Below, piece by piece: positions 49,731-60,000 of a DNA stretch of 60,000 bases (position 1 is the first letter of the stretch; every line of letters starts with the position of its first letter). The notes under the pieces are model-generated. The model searched no databases. It saw only the letters and a list, made by a program, of their open reading frames with translations, and was not told the DNA's origin. The translations under genes and the position numbers were made by a program. The DNA comes from Callorhinchus milii (taxonomy: Eukaryota): the NCBI RefSeq assembly GCF_018977255.1, contig NW_024704742.1, positions 3,412,001 to 3,472,000 on the forward strand. Direction: 5' to 3'.

Positions 49731-52619
49731 ACAGGTCGCAGAGACGGGGCAGGTTCTAACCAGAGGCCACGCTTCTTCATGGAAAGAATTGGGGGAGAAA
49801 TCGGATAGAGATCTGCTCCGAGACCGCTCTCGTGCACCTCTTAGAGGTCGGTTTCAGAGCGAAACTAACACAGGTTCGAAGCAGGTCACCTGGCCGCCTG
49901 TTCTCTTGGCCAGAGAAACGTCGCCCTGCAGGTCTCGTAAAACAACGTCAGAAATTGTTAAACATGAAAAAAAAAGACAGTTGGATGATCAAACCTGATT
50001 CCCTCCACAAACTATTTGCATTATGTTCTATCGTGGACTGCACAAAACACAGTTAATCTCCTGAAGAAATCTTTCCCTCCATAAAGCTTCACCGCTCACA
50101 CACACCCATAACCCTCAACCCCCCCCCCCCCCCCCCAATCCCACCCACCCACACACACTCCTCTATTGGTAGGAACTGTGTTAGCAGCCAGGAAAACCAG
50201 TCAAACTTTCCCCATTGTTTTCTCTTCCTGGCTTGGGAATCGTCTGAGAATGTTTCCCAATCCAATTTTCCCCATTCCCTTTCTAAGGGAAGGGGTGTTT
50301 GGCCTCTGCTTGGTACTTAATAATTCTTTCCCTGTCACCTCGGATTAGATGAACTAACCTGAGGTCAAAACTGATGCAGTTCCATCGATACACCATACAT
50401 AGTTAGTCAATGCAATGAGGTTTCCATGATGGTGAATGCTAAAAATATTTAAAAGGCATTGATTGAAGCACGAATCAGATATACAAAGCCGCTGCACTAG
50501 AAATTGGATTTGCAACTGCTGATGATTTTGAGAAGAACGTTTTAAATGTTCGATAAAGCCTCAAAGTTCTTGGGTTTAATATTACCGAAGACTCATCTTA
50601 TTTTTTTACAACATTGGAAAACTAAGCATGATTGGGTTCTGGTCACCGGAGCCTTGTAGACGTGGAATATTGTCCTCAGCCATGGTAAAAGTGGTTTTGG
50701 AGCAGGAAATATAAATCCTGTTTCCTGCTTATGAATCACCTCAGTGCTGGAAGTGATGACAAATCACTGTAACAGGATAAATGAGGCAGCAGTTTGCGGG
50801 GTTTTAAGAATATACGATGTTTGAAGCCTCTGTGGTGGTCTTGGTCCACGGGCGGGTCCACAGTACTCCAGGGCACTGCTGATGACAGTACAGCCAGTAT
50901 GGCTCAGCGGCAGGAGTTGGAAGGGCAGATCAGTCACTGGGGGTAGAGAGTCATAGAGAGTCATCCGAGGCTGACTGTACTGCCATCAGCAGTGCCCTAG
51001 AGTACTGTGGACCCGCCTGGCTTAGGAACTGAGCTCTTCTAACCTCCCCTTTAACTCTTCCAGCAACAATTCCTGAATTTATGCCCCAACCTTACCAACT
51101 AGCGAGAGTAACCTTTCACCACTTATTCCCAGAAAGCCTTTAAGAATTTTAAAGATATGTGAGAGGAGAAAATCTATCCGGGTCTCGGTCTACCCTTATT
51201 TACGTAGCATTTTTTGAGCGTCCAGAGTTTGGCAAATTGTTGAATTTTATCTTAACGGCTTTCTGCAGTTCTTAAAAATGCTTATTGGGAAACAGTTAAG
51301 TCTAAGAGTTTTCCGAATGCTAAGTGCTCTGACGTACAGTAGTGCAGTAATCAAATGAATCTGGACCCTGGTGAAATTCTCCCTACTTATTTTGTTTGGG
51401 ATTGTTTGATTTCATTATTTATTTGGTTTATTTTGAAGACGTGACACTGAATGATAGTGAACGAGGGTGAACAGTTTCCATTTTCACCTCCCATGCTGCA
51501 CAAACCTCTTCTCTCCTGTAATGGCCCTGAGTGAGACTGTGACTCACCATTTGAGGAATCATGAGCATACAATAATAATAATAATTATAGTGCATTATCA
51601 CATCAACAAAATGTCCCAAAGCACTTAAACCGCTTTACTGTAAAGCATGTTTTTACTGTAAAGACTGTCCTTTGCGTAGGCAATACAGCAGCCATTTTGC
51701 ACGCAGCAATGTCCCATCAAGCCGTGAAGTGAATAACTGATTTTATTTGGGGGGATTGTTGGCTGGGGACAGGAAGAGCAACTCTCTTCTCTTTTTAGAT
51801 AATGCTATGGGATTTTCAATGTCCACCTGAACAGATGTACAAAAACTCACAAACTCACAGTCACAGCTCATCCGAAAGTTGCCACCTCCGACAGTCTGAA
51901 GCACCCATAGGACTGCATTGAAATGCGAGCATAGACTATAAGGACATGACCTGAATCCTACCATTGTGTGGATAAGAAGTTATTCAAGTTCTAATGTGCA
52001 CTGCAAAATCAGGCCTTACCCTTTTTTTTTTAAACAGCATTTTAGTCTTACTAATATTCTTCCCCTTTCTCTCCTCAAGGCATTTACTGCTCCTGGAGAA
52101 CGAGAGGATTTTTTTTTACACTGCGTAACCCAGCACTGAAGACAACTAATGTGCTCCCACTACTGTCCTCGCAAACTCAGCACCTAGCAGAAAATGAACC
52201 TTCTCCCTTCAGCCCTCCATGGTGTGGTGAATGGAGCTTCTAAACGAGGAGTTCATTGGTTTCCATCCTGGACTGCGCTGAGCTTCGCTGATCACAGTCA
52301 GGGCTGCAATAGGGAGCCTAGACTGACTCTAGCCTTTCCAGGATTAAGGAGAGCATCCTTGAGTGCGCGTGTGTGTGTGTGAAAGACGGGCGGGTGAGGA
52401 GAGGGCAGGCTCTACTGTGACTCTCTCTACAAATGAGTGGTCTGTCAACCCTCACCTCCAAAGCTCACCTCACACATAAACAAGGGACACTTGGAATGGG
52501 AATGGTGTACCTGAGGCCAGACCAGGAATCTCTCTGTGCAATTAGAGACAATTTAGGAAAATAATCCGACAGACTACTTTGAAAGAACATCCACCTCATC
52601 CACCTCGAGAGGGCACAAA

Positions 52620-53567
52620 CCTTTGCTCGTCCAATGATGTCAAATGCCCAACTCGTGACTATCCTTTTTGCGTGGGGGTGGTAAACAGAGTTTTCTTGGA
52701 GCCGAATTGGCTCCAAGGTGTGTTTGGCAACAGAATGTTGGAACCGAGTCAATCCTCTGTGGTGATGTTGGTAGTCTGGTTCCTGAGCAGGCAGGTCTGC
52801 TGATGATAGACCAGACAGCCTGGCTCATCGATACGATTTGAAGGCAGACGAGTCACTAGGGGGTCCTATTTGGACAAGCTGTGGGAAGCTTGCCAGACAG
52901 TGCTCTCAAAGGCAAGCGATGCAGTGTTAGCTGGTGATACTCCAGCAGCATACCCAATGCACATTCTGGGTTCCCAAGCCAACTCAGTAGTTCTTTACCA
53001 ACTTGTGCATAATATTCTCCAGAATGAAATAAGTAGGGTAATTCTCCAGAGAGAATGCACATTTCCATTTGAGATACGAGGCAATTTTTATGCGGAGCTG
53101 GAATCCTGTAATGTAGTGGTTAGAGAACTCGCCTCGTAAGTGAGAGGACCCGGGTTCGATTCCTGGGCTGGGCATAACCATTTCACCCACAAGACACACA
53201 GTCAATTCACTTCACACTATATTCTGTGAAGCACTTTGAGATATCGCAAAGGCGTGATAAGGTGCTATATCAAATGGCAAGATTATTATTATTATTAGGT
53301 GGTATATATATATGTGGAACTCTGTCCGTGGCTGCTTTTGGGACATTGCTGTGTGCCAAATTGGCTGTCGCGTTTCGCCCACAAAATTTACAGTCAGTGC
53401 ACTTCACAACATATCCTGTAACGCGCTTTGAGACCTCTCGACAACGTGATAAGGTGCCAAATCAAATGCAAGGATTATTCTTTTTTAACTTTCAGTCCGG
53501 TTTGGATGTTCTTCAGCATGGTGACGGCTTTCCACATGTGTCAGACACCCAGCTGACCAAAAAAAAA
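52620..53567 (+). repeat. Family X copy interrupted by SINEs (about 53099-53480)
   Basis: Family X 5' part at 52620-53070; 3' hairpin plus A-run at 53494-53567. Confidence 0.7.
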
Positions 53568-53989
53568 TAATAAAATGGCCAAATGGCCTACTCCTGTTCC
53601 TATAGAAAAACACAAACAATGTTCTACTTGAACAAATAAACCTTGAAGGATTGTTAAAACTTTAGCTGCACAAGTGCTTCCAGACAGTGAACTTGATTGG
53701 ATGCCAGAGTAACTTTTCCAATTTGGAAACCCAAGTTTTCCAGGATCCATAATGGAATTATAAATGGATATCAATCTGGTCTGTCCCATGTTCAGCCATG
53801 GGATTAGAGCAAACATTGATTTTGGCTTAAGGCTCTAATGAAATTAAATAGTAAATGGCAAATCTGTAATATAAAACACAGTATTGGAATTGGTTACATG
53901 TGCCATACTTTGGTAGGGAGCTTCCCTAAATGTAGGATTTGTTCTGCTATTTACACACCCTCAAGCATAGATGACTCGTTCAGTTAAAA

Positions 53990-54750
53990 TGTAGTCGGCT
54001 GCCAAGTTCTGCCCAACAAAACACACAGTCAATTCACTTTACAGCATATTCTGTGAAGCGCTTTGAGACGTCTCAATGACGTGGTATGGCGCTGTATCAA
54101 ATACAAGGATTATTCTTATTCTTATTCCCTTCCTCCTTTCCTTCCTTCCTCTGTCCCTTGGATTCCCTTTTTTTAAAATCTCCTACATTTTATTATGTTG
54201 CCCTTTTTCCGTTCTTGCACCAATCATTGGTCAATGATCAAGAGCCCACCTGGGTCATCTGCTCCATAAGGCTCAGGTCTCCCTAGACTAGAGGTAATGT
54301 GCTTCTTCTCTGTGGGGAATGCTTTGGATGAGATGCTAAACCAAGGCACTATCTACCTGATCAGGTGGACATAAGAGATCCCATGGCACTCTGCAAAAGG
54401 AGAAGGTAGTTTCTCCCTGTGTCCTGGCCAACAATCCCAGGCTCAACTGGTCATTTACTTTACGGTAACACACAGCAATATCATATACTTAATGTACAGT
54501 CAATTCACTTCACAGTGTATTCTGTGAAGCACCTTGAGAAGTCTAGAAGACGTGTTAAGGCGCTTTTTCAAATGCAAGGATTATTATTATTACTTTGTGG
54601 TTGTTTGTGGGATATCGCTCTGCGTAAATAGGCTGTCGGTTTCACCCACAAAATACAGTCATTACACTTTACAGTAAATTTACGTGAAGTGCTTTCAGAT
54701 GTCTCAACGATGTGTAGCACTATATCAAATGCAAGGATTATTATTATGTA
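53990..54750 (+). mobile_element. Cluster of SINE 3' tails and a Deu fragment
   Basis: Three CAGTCA.T.CACTT.ACAG..AAATGCAAGGATTATT tails. Confidence 0.8.
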
Positions 54751-56587
54751 TCTGGTACTTCCTCCAAAGCACACTGACATAGTCAAGATCATCGGTAACT
54801 CAGCGTGGGGGGGCGCTCAATGCTGTAAGCACATCCGTGCTCCAATGACCTGATTTAGCAATTTATTTTGATTCCTTTATGCTGTGTTTTTTTAACGTGA
54901 AAACACTACCAAACCTGCAGTAAAAATACGACATGGGCTAACTCTGAGTATAACTGAAACAAAGCATCTCAGCTCGGGTGCCAAACCGGGATAGTCAAAC
55001 ATCCTGGGACATCATCCCGACTTGAAGTGCGCTATATAAACATACATTTGTATTGTATTGTATCTGCCAAAAGCATCCTGTCGAGTGGTTCTGAGAGGAA
55101 TGTGATCACTTCTGTGGTAACAAAGCAGACACGCAAATTGCTTTGGTTTCCACTTAATGAATACCTCTTAAACGATTTTGGGTGGTCTCTTAGATTTAAT
55201 GTATGAGAATGCCAGCGTAACTCACCTGTCTAGCACAACCGGAACCTGTCAGCAACAAGATCGCGTCAATTAACGTAGGAAGATTGTTCGGCTATAGGAT
55301 TGGATGGCCAGGGAGTGGCGTAAGACTGCTGTTGAGGGGGACTGTAAATGGAGTTTCCTTGGGCTGAACTGGCTCCAAGTTGCTGTGCTGGGCAATGGAA
55401 TATCAGAGTCAGAGTCAACCTCTCTGTGGCGGTCTCTGTGGTCCAGTTTCTGAGCCAGGCGGATCCACTGCCGACAGCTAACCAGTGACGTCTGAAAGCC
55501 AATGCACGTGTGGATGTTGCACGAGGAAAGAATCAGTATCTAAAAGCACTTCACTGGCTTGAAAGGCCCCGTTTCGCACCCATCCCGGTCAACACAATGA
55601 AAGGGAGAAGCAAGAGCGAGAAAATTAGATGGAGCTTTAGATGACTGTTTGAATCTCGTCCAACTAAAATGACCTCACAGGAGGTGAAAGGGGTTCCACT
55701 ATATATATTTCTTTCACATTCTGAAAGAAAGTCTATTTATTGTAACAGATGTAAATTCAATTAAGCATTTGCTGCCATTACACCACTGGCTAGAATGTGA
55801 TATTCTCAATCGCTGGGGAATGCAGCAGAGATCTAGAAAACTTGGGAAAGCTTCACAGGGGTGAAGCGTTCGACAGTTTCCATGATGGATTTGTTTGCAC
55901 AGCTGTGACCGGCTCCAGAATTAGTCCCACCACCAAAATGAAAATAAGAGACTCTGTCAGGACACCAGTTGCAAACCAATTCGAAAATGACGCTGAGAGC
56001 AACCCTCCCAACACCCCCACCCCACAGCCCGCCCCACCTCTCCACACCCCAAAAAAAAGCATGAGCTGTGCAATCTGAATGAGAAAATAATCTCTGTATT
56101 GGTAATAGCACCTTTCAAGTCGGGAGGACAACTGAAAGCTCTTCACAAGACTTTACTGTAAAGTCTAGTGACTGTGTTTTGAGGCAAACACAGCAGCCAA
56201 TTTTGCGCAAAGCAGCTCCATAACGTGCCTTATGATTAGGAAATTGTGGGCAGCAAGTTGTATTATTTTCAATTTTGTTTCATTTCACTCATGAGGTCCA
56301 AATCTCACATTCTTCCTCCCTCCTCGGTACAGCAACAACAAAATGACATGTATATAGCGGAATCAAGAGAAAGAATGCATAATAATAATAATAATAGTGA
56401 CATAGATAGAAATGAGAGGCTAAAAAAGGCTCAGAGGCTCATTAAGTTCACTCTTGGGAGAACATCCAACTCATTCCATCAATTCCCATTAACCCTGTAA
56501 GTCAAAGCCTTAACGGGTAGGGTGGTCCCAGCCGGACAAGCAGCGGGAAAAGCTTGTATCTCTTACAATGTTTCCACACGGAGACTC

Positions 56588-56825
56588 CAAGTTTCCTTAC
56601 TCCACATGCCTGATAGTAATCCCTCAAGGAAAAAAATAAATAACAACTTGGTCACTCAACCCACGATGTTTGTGGGGACGCTGCTATGCGCAATTGGCTG
56701 CCGCGTTTCGCCCACAAAATATACAGTCAATTCACTTTACAGTAATATTCCTTGAAGTGCTTTGAGACGTCTCGAAGAAGTGTGAAGCACTATATCAAAT
56801 GCAAGGATTATTATCATTATTTATC
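56588..56825 (+). mobile_element. tRNA-Ala SINE lacking head
   Basis: CAAGTTTCCTTACTCCAC through to the tail. Confidence 0.9.
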
Positions 56826-56879
56826 ATAATATACATCTCCCCTGGTGTTGCTCACTCAGTTCCCTCCTAAAAAATAAAA

Positions 56880-58940
56880 ATAACAATCTTTACATTGGTA
56901 TAGTGCCTTTCACGTCAGGAGGATGTTTCAAAGCCCTTCACAGGATACACTGTACAATGGAGAGGTGATGTGTTTTCTGTGTGAACACAACAGCCAATTT
57001 GCTCATAGCAATGTCCCACCAACAGCCATGAAGCAAATGACCATTTTTACTGGGGGGCCAAGGACACCTAGAGAAACTCACTTCTCTTTTCGAATAGTGG
57101 AGGAATTCTCATTGTCCAGGTTCGAAATTCACAGGAATGCACCGCAATCTCAAGTCTCGAGCAGCCTGAGCGCTGAAACATGCCAACGAGTGAATGCTTG
57201 GAATTTGTAGTCTCAGCTGACACTCGCTTGCAGCGCTGGGAATGTGCTGCATTGTTTGAGGTGCAGTCTTTCAGATGAGAGATCAAATCCTCTATGGCCT
57301 GTTCAGGTAGTCGTGACCATGGCACCACTGTATTTGAAAAGAGAAGCGAGTTCCTCCTGGTATCCTGGCCAGCCATCTCCAAGATAAAATTGGCCACTGA
57401 AAGTTTATTTTATGAAGCACTTGAAGCCATCTTGACGACCTAATAAGGCACTATGCGAAAAGCAAGGATTATTTTTTTATTACTGTTATCGCCTGAAATA
57501 CATTACATTCCTAATATTAAATAATTAATATTATTTATTAACAGTCATAAAAATAATCCTTTGTCGTCTTTGAAGGTCAGCCGCTTGTTAACCTGGAATC
57601 TTAAAATCCAGCAACCTTAACATTACAGATCACTTGAGCTGAAGACAAAGGAGGAACAGAATTACCTGGCATCAAGGGCAAATCCAGGATTCAGAGGGTT
57701 AACCTAATTATTTTATTCCAATACTTCAACGAGACAAATGTCTATTGGTGAGCTTCGATCCATTCTTCACTGAAAGCACTGACATGGTTCAATAATCACT
57801 AATGTGCCACTGGGTGCACCCTCGCAAGAGCTAAATGATTTTGAAATCAACTAGATGGTGGGCTTAAATCTTATTCTTTAATGCGTGTGATAATTCAGGA
57901 CTTAAACGTATATAGTCTACGCTCACACTCCAATACAGGGCTATGGAACCACGGCATTGCCGTCCTTTGGGTGAGAGGTTAAACCGAGTTCCGTCTGCCT
58001 GTTCAGGTGGACGGTAAATATCCCGTGGCTCTGTTCAAACAGAGAAGGGAATTTCTCCTGGTGTCCTGCCAACAATTCCCATAAAAAACAAAATTGGTCG
58101 TCGTTCGATGACAGTTTGTACATCACTGTGCATAAATTGGCTGCCACTTTCACCCACAAAACACAGTCATTGTACACTTTGAAACGTCGTAAAAGATGCT
58201 ATATAAATGTCGATTATGCTTATCCCAACAGATCTTTTAATTTCTACTTCCTTTCTATTTATTCGTTGCCATTTATTCCTTGCCATTTAAGTCCTCATGG
58301 TATATAAATTAGCTGCGAAAGCATATATTCTGTAAAATTTATGAACCTTTGGGTCCACACATCATAATGTCTGGAATGAAGAAAAGGATTGTCTTTTTTA
58401 ATGGACTTGCATTCTTTAAATGGCTCCATCCCGGATTCCTTCCTCTTTGCCAATCGTTATCCACCTTCAAAAAGTATCTTGACGCCTATATTTTTGACCA
58501 CACTTTCAGTCACTTTGTACCCCCACCAGCTCAGGCTCCCAGTCAGCTGTGTAAAGCGGTTTGAAATATCACACTCGTGTTCAAATCCATTCACTCCCTG
58601 GCACCTCCCTACCACTCCAACCTTCGCAGCACCGACCTCCTGCTCGTCCCTCGAAACCCTCCGCTCCACCATCGGAGGTCTCGCTTTCAGCCACTACGCC
58701 ATGTTATATTTGTGATAATAACCATAATCCTTTAATTCAATATAGCAGCTTATCACATCTTCAGACGTCTCACCGCTTTTCACAGGGTGCACTGTAAAGT
58801 GACGTGGCCGTGTGTATTTTACGGGCGAAAGCGGCAGCCAATTTATGCACAGCAATCAATGTCCCACAAAACAGCCACGGAGCGAGTGACTAATTTTATT
58901 TGGAGGATTGTCGGCCAGGACACTGGTGGAAACTTTCTCC
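56880..58940. mobile_element. Cluster of Deu-SINE fragments (56880-57100 -, 57200-57480 +, 57920-58210 +, 58710-58940 -) and L2 pieces (58420-58700 +)
   Basis: Deu cores and tails; LRSTIGGLAFSHYA L2 motif. Confidence 0.75.
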
Positions 58941-59900
58941 CTTCTAACATAATGCAAACAAACCCTTCTGGTGGTCGCTTGTATAAATCACTGAGCAAAA
59001 CCAACCAGAAGGCCACACACGCACTGTATGAACAGTTGTAAATTCTGGAATGATCTAGTATCAACTACAAATGTCAGTTCAGCTTACTCCTGCCACCAAA
59101 CCTTGGAGGCCGGTGATGTTTTATGGGTTTAACAGCACCCTCTAGTTTGAATCGAGACGTGCAAAAAAGTCAACTGGACAGGACAGAACAAAAGATATCA
59201 ATCAAACTTCCCTATAACCACTTGATATTTTAAAGAAAGCCATTGATTTTGTGGTAAGAATCATTACTTCGCTGGAAGCAGCGCACAGAATTTTACTTCC
59301 AGGAATGCATTAATTAGTTCCATCAGCCACGTAATGCAGATCCCTGTAGAAATGCCTCATTTAAAATGCAATATATAGGTGGATCCACTCTTAAAAAACT
59401 TGGCATTTCAGGAATTTGCCAACAGGCTCTCATTTTGTTGACTAACAAAACAGGTGAACCTCTGAGAAAGTCCCTACCGGAAGTGGAGTCAATAAAACTT
59501 ACTGGTCAACATCAAATGGGGTTGAAAAAGCTCTCCTCAGGACAGCACTTAGGTTATTGATGTCTTGTGGCTGGATAAAGCACCTCGTAATATAAACTGT
59601 ACTATCTGGAGAGAGCCCCTGTATGTGGGGAGATTGCAACTCCAGTAAGAGTCTGAGAAACTGCAGGTAATATTCACACTTTCTCCAGGAATGTTTTCTT
59701 TAACCCAAGTGGGGCTAACATTATAAAGTAGAAGTTCCACTCGGGTCTAGATTTGCTCTATTTTCCTTAGCATTTTAGAGCCTCCAAAACTTGGTAAGTT
59801 CTGAGATACAGCTTTGAAGCCAATTCAAAGTATTTCGATGAGAATGACACAAGCCTCGCGTTAAACTAAATTTGCCAAATTCTGCACACGCTAAAATGGA

Positions 59901-60000
59901 TAATAATAATAATAATAATGATCCTCGCATTTGATATAGCGCTTTTCACGTCTTCTCGACGTCTCAAAGCGCTTCACAGAATAGACTGTAAAGTGAATTG
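59901..60000 (-). mobile_element. SINE 3' tail running off the window
   Basis: (TAA)n followed by GCATTTGATATAGCGCTTTTCACGTC. Confidence 0.9.

Noticed and set aside
53190..54750. CRISPR-like repeated units
   Set aside because: Irregularly spaced, diverged SINE tails in eukaryotic DNA; no cas genes.

Overview
This is vertebrate, repeat-rich, mostly non-coding DNA. The repeat complement (tRNA-derived Deu-domain SINEs, L2 and CR1 LINE 3' ends, Harbinger-type MITEs) points to a cartilaginous fish, most likely a holocephalan such as Callorhinchus; this is inference. The only well-supported protein-coding piece is a 73-nt signal-peptide exon on the minus strand (24744-24672, MVWLAHPIWQIPVSLIMLLSLQTE/G). 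It resembles the first coding exon of latrophilin adhesion GPCRs (ADGRL1/ADGRL2), so 1-24.6 kb is probably its intron and the rest is upstream or 5'UTR-intron sequence. A CpG-rich element at about 43.8-43.95 kb carries ETS and CRE motifs and is also a long imperfect palindrome. Other notable items are: a chimeric tRNA-Ala/CORE-like/Deu-tail SINE with two subfamilies that shares its 3' stem-loop with an L2; an unnamed repeat family of at least 800 bp with about 11 fragments, two of which form local inverted pairs; nested insertions; a fold-back SINE pair; candidate microexons; and CNE-like blocks. I found no CRISPR array, rRNA, true tRNA gene or intact transposon ORF. Almost all ORFs in the supplied track are spurious. 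Repeat coordinates are approximate (read by eye).
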